Source: an uncultured Campylobacter sp.
Lineage (GTDB): Bacteria; Campylobacterota; Campylobacteria; Campylobacterales; Campylobacteraceae
Assembly (NCBI GenBank): GCA_963516335.1
Contig: CAUQCZ010000001.1
Coordinates: forward strand, 1 to 61,220
Direction of reading: 5' to 3'
DNA: 61,220 nt
The position numbers and the translations under genes were made by a program. Of the stretch, positions 51,455 to 61,179 are shown piece after piece. The notes beneath the pieces were generated by a model. The model was not told the DNA's origin, searched no databases, and worked only from the letters and a program-made list of their open reading frames with translations. Each line of letters starts with the position of its first letter. Position 1 is the stretch's first letter.

Positions 51455-52435
51455 ACGGAGACTTTATTTACCTTTATTTTCGTCGGCGCATTTGTAGCGC
51501 TTTTTGCGCTTCCGGCGGCTTCTAATCTTTTTGCGGCTTTGGGCGAAAAACCCGCTCCAAACTCGCCCGCGAGCGAGCTTTCGCCGGGGCTAAAAGAGCT
51601 AGAAAACGAGCGCGCAATTTTGGTCGCCGCTACCAAAAAAGCAAATTTGATCGGCCTTGGCACTGGCATTTGCGCGGGCGCTGCGATAACGTATCTCTTA
51701 GACGCGATTTTCGGCGCTGCGATAGGCGCGCTCGTTTATACTTTTACGGCGATGCTTATCACCGCATCAAAAAGGCGCGAATTTAGGGCGAATTTTAAGC
51801 GCCAAATCATAGAAAAGATCGTAAAAAAGCACGGTCTTAGCTACGATAAAGACCGCGGGCTGGGGCTTGACGAGTTTTTTACGATTTATGATTGTACGGT
51901 GCATCAGTGGAGCAGCGAGGATCTCATAAGCGGCGAGATAGAGGGCATTCGCGTCAAATTTAGCGACTTTTATGCCGCCAAAATGGTAAAAAAGAAAAAT
52001 AACACCGAAACGGTCGTGCTATTTCGGGGCGTGCTTTTTAAGGCCGATTTTAACAAAACCTTAAGCTCTATAATTCAAATTTCGCATGTAAACTCAAGAA
52101 ATTTAGCAATCTACGGCAAAAAGGCGAATATGGACGACGTGAGATTCGAAGAGATCTTTGACGTCTATACGACCGACCAGATCGGCGCTAGATACGCGCT
52201 CAGCCCGGCGCTAATGGAAAAATTTACCCAGCTTTGCCTAAGACTAGACGCGCCCGTAAACGCCGTTTTTAAGGACGGTCAAATTTTTATCGCCGTCGAG
52301 ACTCGGCGCGACGACTTTGAGCCTATGCCTTCTAAATCGCTAACGGACGAGGCAACTTTGGCTGCTTACGAAAGCGAGATAGAAAGCTTTACGCAGATAG
52401 TAAAAGAGCTAAGTTTAAACCGCAAAATTTGGTAG
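51455..52435 (+). CDS. DUF3137-family membrane protein with an apparent ACG (mutated or non-canonical) start
   Basis: SEDLISG, LFRGVLF, FEEIFDVYTTDQIGARYALSPALME; RBS AAAGGAG at 51443-51449 precedes an in-frame ACG at 51455, 28 codons before the track's TTG. Confidence 0.75.
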   Translation, partial: TETLFTFIFVGAFVALFALPAASNLFAALGEKPAPNSPASELSPGLKELENERAILVAATKKANLIGLGTGICAGAAITYLLDAIFGAAIGALVYTFTAMLITASKRREFRANFKRQIIEKIVKKHGLSYDKDRGLGLDEFFTIYDCTVHQWSSEDLISGEIEGIRVKFSDFYAAKMVKKKNNTETVVLFRGVLFKADFNKTLSSIIQISHVNSRNLAIYGKKANMDDVRFEEIFDVYTTDQIGARYALSPALMEKFTQLCLRLDAPVNAVFKDGQIFIAVETRRDDFEPMPSKSLTDEATLAAYESEIESFTQIVKELSLNRKIW

Positions 52436-52481
52436 CGCGGCAACGCGGCAAGCGGCGCGCAAACGAAAACGAAAGGGAAAA

Positions 52482-53618
52482 ATGTTTGAACTAAATAACG
52501 AACAAAGGGCGTATTTCGGGCTTGATGCCGTGCAGGAGAGCTGGGAGCGGGTAGAGTTTGCCGGGGATAAATTTAGACCCGCTAGCGTGCTGTATTTTGA
52601 GGGCGACGTCATCAAAAAGCACGTGGTTTCCACGGATGAGCGTTATGCGGAATACAGCTACGACGAGGCGACTAAGGGGCGCGAGATACTGCTGCCTAAA
52701 ACCGCAAAAGGTAAGGAGGCAAAGCTAACGCCCGCAAATTTTGAAAAGCGCACGCCTCTTGGAGTCTATCTGTACGCCGATAAATACAGCCTGCGAATCG
52801 CTAGCTTTGCCTCGCAGACCACGTTTTACGACAGCGTGTGGAAGAGCGGACACGGACGGGGGATGGATTTTAGAAGCGAGATAGAGCGCTTTATCGCGCA
52901 GTCGGATTCGGATCACGCGCGCAAGATCGAGGAGTTTAAGAAAGCAGGCCGTAAAAATATCAAATTTAAAAGCGGGGATTTTTTCCGCTTTAAGCTTGAC
53001 CGCAACCGCTACGGCTTTGGCAGGGTGATTCTAGACGGGCATAAACTGCGAAAAAGCGGCCTTTTACCGGAAGGCCACGCGATGCTAGGCTTTATGGGAA
53101 AACCCGTTTTTGTCGAGCTTTTTGCGTATGCGTCGCATGGCGAAGCAAGCGCGGGCGAGCTGATGTCGCGCCCTAGGCTGCCTATGGACGTGATGTTTGA
53201 CAACGCGTTTTTTTACGGCGAATTTGAAATTTTCGCGCATGAAAAGGTTGATGCCTCGCAGCTTGATTTTCCGATGAGTTTTCACGTTAGCCCCGAGCGG
53301 ACGTATTTGCAGTGGGGATTTATAGAGATCTGCTCAGACGAGCAAAGCGTGATGAAGGCCGCCTCGCGCGAGCTAAAAGAGCTGATAGAGGAAAATAATT
53401 TGAAATTTAACTGCATCGGTTTTAGCCCGCGATACGCGCAGTTTGAGATCGCTGAAATTTTACGCGGCGAGGAGCTTGCCTACCAAACAAACGACCTAAG
53501 AGACCCCGAAATCCGCTGGGCGAGGCAGGAGCTGATGCGCATTTTCGGACTCGATCTGGCTAAAAGCTACTTTGAGAACGCGCAAAGGCTAGGCGTTAAG
53601 ACGGTTTTGGAGTTGTGA
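52482..53618 (+). CDS. Immunity protein 26 (Imm26)-domain protein
   Basis: Central FKSGDFFRFKLDRNRYGFGRVI and DNAFFYGEFEIF pattern typical of Imm26. Confidence 0.65.
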   Translation: MFELNNEQRAYFGLDAVQESWERVEFAGDKFRPASVLYFEGDVIKKHVVSTDERYAEYSYDEATKGREILLPKTAKGKEAKLTPANFEKRTPLGVYLYADKYSLRIASFASQTTFYDSVWKSGHGRGMDFRSEIERFIAQSDSDHARKIEEFKKAGRKNIKFKSGDFFRFKLDRNRYGFGRVILDGHKLRKSGLLPEGHAMLGFMGKPVFVELFAYASHGEASAGELMSRPRLPMDVMFDNAFFYGEFEIFAHEKVDASQLDFPMSFHVSPERTYLQWGFIEICSDEQSVMKAASRELKELIEENNLKFNCIGFSPRYAQFEIAEILRGEELAYQTNDLRDPEIRWARQELMRIFGLDLAKSYFENAQRLGVKTVLEL

Positions 53619-53730
53619 AGCTTGCGCGGCGAAGCTAAATCGGGCTAAATTTAGCGCCGAATTTATAAATTTTAGCGCTATACGAGCTAAAATCGCACTC
53701 GTTTACAAAGCCTCGGCGCGAGAATTTACG

Positions 53731-54435
53731 CTAAAATTTTAAAATTTCGTCGTAGCACAGATGAAACTCGCAGCCGCGAGCGGAGATTTTTCTATCTGCA
53801 TGAAAGTGCCCGAAGTACCATTTCTCGGGCTTTGCAAGCTCAAAAATCCGCTCTAACATGTCCGTAGTCGGATCGTAAACCGCTCCGCCGCCTAAAAACA
53901 GATCGCTAAGCGCAGACATCAAAAAAGTAGGCGCCGTGTGGCTTAGCACCGCGTCTATCTTGCCGCCCGCGCTCTTAAAACGAGCTAGATTGCTAATCGC
54001 GAAATTTAGCTCGCTCTGGCTTGGGATTTCTGCGTCCCAGTAGCTTACGTTTAGCCTGCGCCAAGCTCTATCGATACTAAACGCTCCGCCGAAAGCTAGT
54101 AAATTTCGCCCGTCTATCTCGTAAATTTCGCCGCGCCTAAGCCAAAATAAATTCTCCCCTCCGACGCCTACCTTGCCGCCGAATTTTTCCTCGGTCGGTA
54201 GGCCGTAGAGTAGGTCGAAATTTTCGTGGTTGCCGTCGATAAAAAGCAGCGTATACGGCAGTCTGCCCAGCTGCTCTCTAACGAGCCGCTCATTTGACGT
54301 ATCGCTAAAAAATAGACCAAAATCTCCAAGCACGACCACGTAGTCCTCGCGTGTAAAATTTCGGCTCAAAAAGGCCTTGTTCGTGATTTTGTGAAGCTCC
54401 GCGATCCCGTGCGTATCGCCGCAAAGGTATATCAT
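53731..54435 (-). CDS. Calcineurin-like metallophosphoesterase
   Basis: GDTHG, LGDFG, DGNHE, SHTAP, FGHFH. Confidence 0.92.
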   Translation of the reverse strand: MIYLCGDTHGIAELHKITNKAFLSRNFTREDYVVVLGDFGLFFSDTSNERLVREQLGRLPYTLLFIDGNHENFDLLYGLPTEEKFGGKVGVGGENLFWLRRGEIYEIDGRNLLAFGGAFSIDRAWRRLNVSYWDAEIPSQSELNFAISNLARFKSAGGKIDAVLSHTAPTFLMSALSDLFLGGGAVYDPTTDMLERIFELAKPEKWYFGHFHADRKISARGCEFHLCYDEILKF

Positions 54436-55199
54436 TTTTTCTCTTTTTGATTTAAATTTTAGCGTGATTTTAGCTAAATTCGGGCGAAATTTAGCTTTGC
54501 GGTAGATGAGGTTAAAAAATCGCCGTCTTGTTTGCGGTAAATCCTGCGCAATCGTTTGCGTTTTTGTCGTGCGGTCTTTGCAGACGCGCTAAATTTAGCA
54601 AATGCAAGCCGCGTTTAATAAACTTGGCGCAACCGTCGGACGGCTTGGAGCTTTTTTACGTGCTTGTAGCGTTTTGCCTGAGATTGGAGCGGTTAAGTCG
54701 TTAAATTTAAGAGTGACTCGCAAAAAAAGCGGTAGCCCGGTTCGTAAAATCAAAATTTAGTTTAGCAATTTGCGTTATTTTGCGATTTTTTCGCAAAATT
54801 TAGCCGTTTTATTCAAATTTAGCGCGCTTTTAGCGTGTCTGAAGCTACGGCATTTTTAACTGCTTGCTTTGACGCTTAGCGCGTTGCAGCCTAAGATAAA
54901 GCTTAAGTCTTTGCGGTATTTACGGCGAGCAATTTTGCGTCGCTTTCATTATAGTTTCGGCGCCGTTTTTTGAGCTTTTTGAGGTTTACTAACCAAATTT
55001 CGGCTTGATTTAGCGTAAATTCGGCTCATGCGGCAAATTTTTGCTAGCGCGCGGCGGCTTTATATATTTCTAAATTTTTACACGGCGCAAGCATGGAGGC
55101 GGCCTAAATTTTAGCGGACTTAGCCTGGCCGCCGGTTTGCTTTTTATTGTAAGGTTTGTTGGATTAGGGCGCAGATGCTTTAGCGATTAGAGACTCTCG

Positions 55200-55234
55200 T
55201 CCGTCTTTTAGGCGCCTTAGATCTAAAAGACGGA
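55200..55234. terminator. Hairpin downstream of the infC operon
   Basis: TCCGTCTTTTAG ... CTAAAAGACGGA, 12-bp stem. Confidence 0.6.
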
Positions 55235-55266
55235 TTTTGGCCGGCACAAATTTAATATTTCTTACG

Positions 55267-55662
55267 CTATTTTTCGCAGTCTTTTGCGGTTAGCTCTACT
55301 TTGCTAAAAAGCGCACCGCTTGGTAAACGGTAATTCATCACGATACTTTTTGCTTTTTGTAGTAGCATAAGGGTGTTTTTATCAGAGCAGAATTCTTCCG
55401 TCAAAAGCTCTTTCATGCTAGACGCAAATTCTTTTTCATATTCGTCCGAGATGGTTTCCCAGTCTATATTTTGCGAGTTTTTAAAGACGTATTCGTAGGC
55501 GATTACCTCGTCTTTGCAGCTTACTTCGGTAGCTTTTATGTTTTCATCTTCCATTTGATTTAGCGCTGATTTGCCGCCGATGACGGCTAGTCTTAGATAC
55601 GGGCTACACTCGGCTCCGGCTAGAGCTAGAGCCAACGCGCAAACGAGACAAATTTTTCTCAT
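55267..55662 (-). CDS. Hypothetical secreted protein
   Basis: Signal peptide [17 protein letters not shown]; four Cys in the mature part; ATGA overlap with the infC stop. Confidence 0.75.
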   Translation of the reverse strand: MRKICLVCALALALAGAECSPYLRLAVIGGKSALNQMEDENIKATEVSCKDEVIAYEYVFKNSQNIDWETISDEYEKEFASSMKELLTEEFCSDKNTLMLLQKAKSIVMNYRLPSGALFSKVELTAKDCEK

Positions 55663-56174
55663 CTTTTGGGCGTTACTAGCATATTGACGTAGCGACCTTC
55701 CAGTAGCGGCTCTTTATCGCGGTCGGAGACCTCTTTTACCATTTCCCAGACTTTTTGTAGCATCGCGACGCCGGCTTCTGGGTTGCTCATCTCGCGGCCT
55801 TTTAGAAATACGCGAAATTTGACGTGTTTGCCGTCTTCTAGAAATTCAAGCGCGTGCTTGACTTTATAGTTGATGTCGTTTTGAGCGATTTTGACGGAGA
55901 GTTTGATCTCTTTTACTTCGATTGTTTTTTGCTTTTTTTTGGCCTCTTTTTGCTTTTTTTCCTGCTGGTAGCGGAATTTGCCGTAGTCCATTATCTTGCA
56001 AACGGGAGGTTTAGCGTCAGGCGCGATTAGCACTAGATCAAGCCCCATTTTCTCGGCGATTTTCAAGGCCTCTACTCTTGGAATGACGCCGTATGCGGTG
56101 CCGTCGTCCCCCACGCATCTTACTTCGCTCGCTCTGATATCTTCGTTGAGCAACACTTCGTTTTCTTTAGCCAA
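55659..56174 (-). CDS. infC: Translation initiation factor IF-3
   Basis: [36 protein letters not shown] start. Confidence 0.97.
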   Translation of the reverse strand: MAKENEVLLNEDIRASEVRCVGDDGTAYGVIPRVEALKIAEKMGLDLVLIAPDAKPPVCKIMDYGKFRYQQEKKQKEAKKKQKTIEVKEIKLSVKIAQNDINYKVKHALEFLEDGKHVKFRVFLKGREMSNPEAGVAMLQKVWEMVKEVSDRDKEPLLEGRYVNMLVTPKR

Positions 56175-56346
56175 TTAGTTTTTTCCTTTAAGTTGAAATT
56201 TGTTGATTATATCCAAAAATATTGTGTTTTTATTGTATTTTTCGTAGAAATTTATTGCGCCGTGACAATTTTTGCGGATTTTGGTAAAAGCCAGGCTTAG
56301 CATAAAGCCGCGCCTAGCTTAAATTTAGCGGATTTTCGCTCCGGCT

Positions 56347-58167
56347 TCAAAAACTTACCTCGGCGAGTTTTGATTTGAGTAACTCGACGAATTCGTCCAG
56401 TTTCATATCTTTTTGCTCCCTAGTCGTGCGGTCGCGCAGGGCGATAGAGTTATTCGCCGCTTCATTGTCGCCCAGTACTGCGATCATCGGCACGCGTTGT
56501 TTTTCTGCGGTGCGGATGCGTTTGTTTAGGCTCTCGTTTTTACTCGCGATTTCGCTATCTACGCCGATTTTGCGAAGCTCTTTGGCGACGGTTTTGGCGT
56601 AGTCTAGGTGCGCGTCGCTGATCGGCACGATGACTACTTGCGTTGGAGCGACGAAAAACGGCAGCTCGCCGCCGGTGTGCTCGATTAAGATGCCGATAAA
56701 TCGCTCGAAGCTTCCCAGTAGCGCGCGGTGTAGCATGACGGGGCGCTGACGTTCGTTATTTGCGTCGATGTAGCCCAGATCAAAGCGCTCAGGTAGGTTA
56801 AAATCGACCTGGATCGTGCCGCATTGCCACTTTCGTTTTAGCGCGTCGGTGATTTTGATGTCGATTTTTGGACCGTAGAATGCGCCGCCGCCCTCGTCGA
56901 TACCGTATTTAAAGCCGTTTTCGTCAAGCGCTTCTTTTAGCGCTTTGGTTGCCGTTTCCCAAATTTCGTCCCCGCCGATCGCTTTTGCAGGCTTGGTCGA
57001 AATCTCCATCTCGTAATGAAAGCCGAAATTTTCCATTATTTTGCCGGCAAATTTTAAAATTTCTAGGATATTTTCTTTGATTTGGCTTGGCATACAAAAG
57101 ATGTGCGAGTCGTCCTGGGCAAATTCGCGCACTCTAAAAAGTCCGTGTAAAACGCCGCTTTTTTCGTGGCGGTGCACGACGCCGTACTCGAAAAATTTAA
57201 GCGGCAAATCGCGGTATGAGCGGATATCGCTTTGATAGACCTTGATGTGGCCGACGCAGTTCATCGGTTTTATGCCGTATTCTGCCTCGTCGATCGTCGT
57301 AAAGTACATATTTTCTTTATAGTTTGCGTAGTGGCCGCTCTTTTTCCATACGTCGGCTTTTAGTAGCTCTGGTCCGCGCACCGGCTCGTAGCCTCGGTCG
57401 CGGTGAGCTTTATATAAAATTTGCTCGAGTTTGGAGCGTAAACGTCCGCCGTTTGGTAGCCAGATCGGTAGGCCGCCGCCGACTTCTTCGTCGAATGTGA
57501 ACAGCTTCATCTCGACGCCAAGCTTTCTGTGGTCGCGTTTTTTGGCCTCTTCGATGATGCGGATGTGCTCTTTTAGGCTCTCTTTATCGGCAAATGCCGT
57601 GCCGTAAATGCGGTTTATCATCTCGCGCGTTTCGTCGCCGCCAAGATACGCGCCGGCTATGCGGGTTAGTTTAAAAAATCTTAAAAATTTGGTATTTGGC
57701 AAGTGCGGTCCGCGGCACAAATCCTCGAAATTTCCTTGCTTGTAGCTGCTGACTTCGCCCTCGGGGATGCGTTTTAGCACCTCTTGTTTTAGCTCGTCGT
57801 CTTTAAATTTATCGCTCATAAAGGCTTTTGTGGAGCTTGCTTTTACGATGTCAAGCTTTGCTTCAGCGAGCTCTTTCATCTTGGCCTCTATCGCCGCTAG
57901 ATCTTCGTCGCTAAGCTTGCTGTTGGCCTCATCAACCTTAAAATCATAATAAAATCCGTCCTCGACGTTTGGTCCGACGAAAAATTTAGCCTGCGGATAA
58001 AGCTCTTTGATCGCCTGCGCCATGAGGTGCGCACAGGAGTGTCTGATGACGTTTAGCGCGTCGGGGGAGTTGTCAAAATAAATCGGTTCTGCGGCGTTTT
58101 CTCGCCCGTTGATACTCTGTGTATCGACTATGTTTCCATCCAGTTTGTATGCGATGATATCGCTCAT
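56347..58167 (-). CDS. thrS: Threonine-tRNA ligase
   Basis: RHSCAHLMAQA, DLCRGPH, RDHRKLG, KPMNC, HRALLGSFERF. Confidence 0.98.
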   Translation of the reverse strand: MSDIIAYKLDGNIVDTQSINGRENAAEPIYFDNSPDALNVIRHSCAHLMAQAIKELYPQAKFFVGPNVEDGFYYDFKVDEANSKLSDEDLAAIEAKMKELAEAKLDIVKASSTKAFMSDKFKDDELKQEVLKRIPEGEVSSYKQGNFEDLCRGPHLPNTKFLRFFKLTRIAGAYLGGDETREMINRIYGTAFADKESLKEHIRIIEEAKKRDHRKLGVEMKLFTFDEEVGGGLPIWLPNGGRLRSKLEQILYKAHRDRGYEPVRGPELLKADVWKKSGHYANYKENMYFTTIDEAEYGIKPMNCVGHIKVYQSDIRSYRDLPLKFFEYGVVHRHEKSGVLHGLFRVREFAQDDSHIFCMPSQIKENILEILKFAGKIMENFGFHYEMEISTKPAKAIGGDEIWETATKALKEALDENGFKYGIDEGGGAFYGPKIDIKITDALKRKWQCGTIQVDFNLPERFDLGYIDANNERQRPVMLHRALLGSFERFIGILIEHTGGELPFFVAPTQVVIVPISDAHLDYAKTVAKELRKIGVDSEIASKNESLNKRIRTAEKQRVPMIAVLGDNEAANNSIALRDRTTREQKDMKLDEFVELLKSKLAEVSF

Positions 58168-58333
58168 TTTGCGTCCTTTTTTATCGAAACATCTTTCTTA
58201 CGCTGAAAGAATTGGGCTTGATTTTAGCTAAAATGTTTTTAAGCTTTACTTAATGTTTTATTTGATTTGGGTTTAAACGGCGGTCAAATTTGACTTTCGA
58301 ATATAGCAAAATATATTGACTATATCATAAATC

Positions 58334-58490
58334 TTGTCAAATCGATAATATTTTCAATATAATTTATTATACTTTAAGAAAACTAACGATAATATTTCAT
58401 CGAATGGATCATGCATTTATCTCGTCTTTGCATTGTTTTGATTCATTTTTCTCCCAAATTGCGCAAAGGAGTGGTTGCCTTTGCGCTTTA
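58334..58490 (+). ncRNA. Candidate promoter and sRNA of about 120 nt with Fur-like boxes
   Basis: TTGTCA-18nt-TATAAT at 58334-58363; CGATAATATTT at 58343 and 58387; terminator-like GCGCAAAGG-AGTGGTTG-CCTTTGCGC-TTT at 58461-58489. Confidence 0.4.
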
Positions 58491-58625
58491 ATCACTAAAT
58501 TTTACTTCAAAATAAAACGTAATATACTTTTAGCTTTAGTAGGCAAATTTGGCGAAAATTTGGCGTTTGAGTTTACGGCGCGAAAGATAAAGCAAAATTT
58601 AAAAAATTGAGTTAAAAGAAGCGAA

Positions 58626-58701
58626 TGGTGGCCCCGAATGGACTCGAACCATCGACCACTACCATGTCAAGGTAGTGCTCTACCAACTGAGCTACGGGAC
58701 C
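58626..58701 (-). tRNA. tRNA-Val(GAC)
   Basis: GGTCCCGTAGCTCAGTTGGTAGAGCACTACCTTGACATGGTAGTGGTCGATGGTTCGAGTCCATTCGGGGCCACCA; 76 nt with encoded CCA. Confidence 0.97.
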
Positions 58702-59042
58702 GAACTGCGAATAAATTAAAAATGCGAATTTATCTAAAATTACATTGAAGTTTGCTTAAATTTTAGATTTATTTGAGGTTTTGAAATGAAATTCGATTAA
58801 AAAATCCCTTTTAAAATTTAAGGTAAATAGATATAAGTTACATAAAAATTATATTTTAAATAAAAATAATCAAAAAAATTAAAATAATTTTCGTAAGAAA
58901 ATCAGGAAAAATCATAAAATGTTTCAAATTTTCCCTAAATTTAGGGATTTATAAAATAGAACAAATTTTTAATAAAACTCATAGTAAACTCACGATATTA
59001 TAACTATAATGTTATTACGATATTTCATCCAAAGGAGGACGT

Positions 59043-60593
59043 ATGCAAGAGCAAATGTCAAGACGCGATTTGTTAAAGCTAGGCATGGCGGGTGCGGGCG
59101 CGCTAGCACTCGGTGCGGTAAATGCGCAAGCAAGCGCGTTAAACGCAAAAGACGTCAAATTTGACGAAGAGTGGGACGTGATCATCATCGGCAGCGGCTT
59201 TGCGGGGCTTGCGGCGGGCTTAAAAGCGGCGCAAAAAGGTAGCAAGGTACTAATCCTGGAAAAAATGGGCCGTATCGGCGGAAACTCCGTCATCAACGGC
59301 GGCGGTATGAGCGTGCCGATGAACCCCGTGCAGGAAAAAACGGGCATCAAGGACAGCAAAGAGCTATTTATGAACGACTGCCTCAAAGCAGGACTTGGCA
59401 TCAACCACCCCGAGCTTTTGGAGACATTGGCCGATCGCGGCCTAGACGCGTTTAAATTTCTCGTCGATAACGGCGTGCAGTTTAAGATGGATCACTGCGC
59501 GCACTTCGGCGGACACAGTGTCGCGCGCTCGATGCTAACTACAAACGATAGCGGCTCTGGCTATATCCAGCCGATGCTTGAAAAATTTGAAGCGCTAAAA
59601 GATAAGGGCTGCGAGCTTCGACGCCGCGCGAAATTTGATGATTTCGTAATGGACGGTGATCGCGTAGTGGGCGTGACGATCAGAGAAGAGTATAGATTCG
59701 ACGACAAGCTTTACAGCGACGACCTAGAAAACACGAGCGGCACGAAAAAGACGCTAAAAGCGAACAAGGGCGTAGTACTCGCAGCGGGCGGATTTTGCCG
59801 CGATAAAATTTTCCGCAAGCTGCAAGACCCGCGCATCCCTGATGACGTCGATAGTACGAACCACCCGGGAGCCACCGCTGGCACGCTGCTAAAAGCTTTT
59901 GAGATCGGCGCTTATCCGGTGCAGGTCGATTGGATACAGTTTGGTCCGTGGGCGAGCCCCGATGAGAAGGGTTTCGGTACCGCTCCGATCCTAACTCAGC
60001 AAGGCACGTTTAAATACGGTATCGCCGTGGACGTGCGCACGGGCAAGCGCTTTATGAACGAGCTAGCCGACCGCAAAACGCGCGCGGACGCGGAGTTTAA
60101 AATTTTGCGCGAGGATCCGAAAGCCTATCCGATAACCTTTGCCGATACCAAAACGGCGTTTAAAGACCTAAGCGAAGAAGTCGTGCAAAAGGGCATGGCA
60201 AGCGGCAAACTAGTGGGCGAGTGCGCTACGCTAGACGATATCGCTAAAAAATACGGCGTGCCTGCGGACGCGCTAAAAGAAACCGTCAAGAAGTATAACG
60301 AAGGCGTAAAGGCTAAAAAAGACGAGTTCGGCAAGCAAGAAAGCACGCTAAGCGAGATCAACGAGGCTGGACCGTTCTACGTCATCCGCCTATCGCCGAA
60401 GCCTCACCACACTATGGGCGGACTAAAAATCAATACCAAAGCCGAGGTTATCTCAAGCAAGACGAATAAGCCTATCCCGGGTCTATATGCGGCGGGCGAG
60501 ATCACAGGCGGAACGCACGGAGCGAGCAGGCTAGGTACGGTTGCGATAACAGATTGCATAGTGTTTGGGATGATAGCTGGAGAAAATATTTAA
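59043..60593 (+). CDS. Tat-exported flavocytochrome c flavoprotein subunit (FccA/UrdA-like reductase)
   Basis: SRRDLLK Tat motif, IIGSGFAGL, GGNSVINGG, VVLAAGGF, HHTMGG, GLYAAGE, GASRLG; no CXXCH. Confidence 0.9.
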   Translation: MQEQMSRRDLLKLGMAGAGALALGAVNAQASALNAKDVKFDEEWDVIIIGSGFAGLAAGLKAAQKGSKVLILEKMGRIGGNSVINGGGMSVPMNPVQEKTGIKDSKELFMNDCLKAGLGINHPELLETLADRGLDAFKFLVDNGVQFKMDHCAHFGGHSVARSMLTTNDSGSGYIQPMLEKFEALKDKGCELRRRAKFDDFVMDGDRVVGVTIREEYRFDDKLYSDDLENTSGTKKTLKANKGVVLAAGGFCRDKIFRKLQDPRIPDDVDSTNHPGATAGTLLKAFEIGAYPVQVDWIQFGPWASPDEKGFGTAPILTQQGTFKYGIAVDVRTGKRFMNELADRKTRADAEFKILREDPKAYPITFADTKTAFKDLSEEVVQKGMASGKLVGECATLDDIAKKYGVPADALKETVKKYNEGVKAKKDEFGKQESTLSEINEAGPFYVIRLSPKPHHTMGGLKINTKAEVISSKTNKPIPGLYAAGEITGGTHGASRLGTVAITDCIVFGMIAGENI

Positions 60594-60600
60594 ATTTGCG

Positions 60601-60620
60601 GCGTCTTTCGGACGCTTTTT
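60601..60620 (+). terminator. Intrinsic terminator
   Basis: GCGTC-TTTCG-GACGC-TTTTT. Confidence 0.7.
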
Positions 60621-60629
60621 GCGGATTTC

Positions 60630-60970
60630 GTTAAAATTTGACTCGATAGGCTACATGCCTTATCTTCGTCAAATTTTAACTTCAAAACCCCAAAAATCGC
60701 CTCGAAATACTTGCAAATTTTATTTAGTGTCGCAGGCTAAATTCGGCTTGCGATATTTCATTAAATTTGACGGCAAATTTGATGTGCGGCGCGGTAGCGC
60801 CAAATTTAACCTGCACGCAGTGCAGCAACCTCTAACGTGCAGTGGGGTTAGAGAGGGCTTGGGAGAGGAAGGGGTTTCTACTTACGAAGCGTCGCCCCTT
60901 CCTCTCCCAAAGAAAGAATAAAGTAAGCTGCAAAGTAAAGCTGAAATGTAATTCAAGCCCCTTACCCCTT
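60630..60970. repeat. Cluster of intergenic palindromes (REP/MITE-like)
   Basis: GTTAAAATTTGAC...GTCAAATTTTAAC at 60630-60680; CTGCAC-GCA-GTGCAG; 16-bp perfect stem TTGGGAGAGGAAGGGG/CCCCTTCCTCTCCCAA at 60859-60910. Confidence 0.6.
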
Positions 60971-61130
60971 AATAAGAAAAGACAAATTTAAAGTTGCCGC
61001 GTATAGCGTGCTATGAAAATTAAAAACCAAATTTGCCCCTCAAATTTAACCGCCGAATTTGAGTTTAAATTTGAGCTCAAATTTGAGTTAAAAAGAGTTT
61101 TAACGACGAAGAAATTTAAAAAAGAAAAAG

Positions 61131-61155
61131 CTAAAGAGACTGCATCTCTTTAGCC
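61131..61155 (-). terminator. Minus-strand intrinsic terminator
   Basis: GCTAAAGAGA-loop-TCTCTTTAGC followed on the minus strand by TTTTTCTTTTTT. Confidence 0.65.
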
Positions 61156-61179
61156 GACACCTCATAGAAAGGAATTCGC

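Noticed and set aside
56172..56176. ATT autoregulatory start codon for infC
   Set aside because: The nearby ATT is out of frame; the in-frame start is TTG.
58404..58610. 68-aa ORF between thrS and tRNA-Val
   Set aside because: No RBS, it runs through a terminator-like hairpin, and it has no recognisable protein features.
58626..58701. tRNA-Val as an integration site for an island
   Set aside because: No integrase and no duplicated tRNA 3' end were seen in the window.
60619..60921. 100-aa ORF after the flavoprotein gene
   Set aside because: TTG start inside a terminator with no RBS; it spans the palindromic elements.
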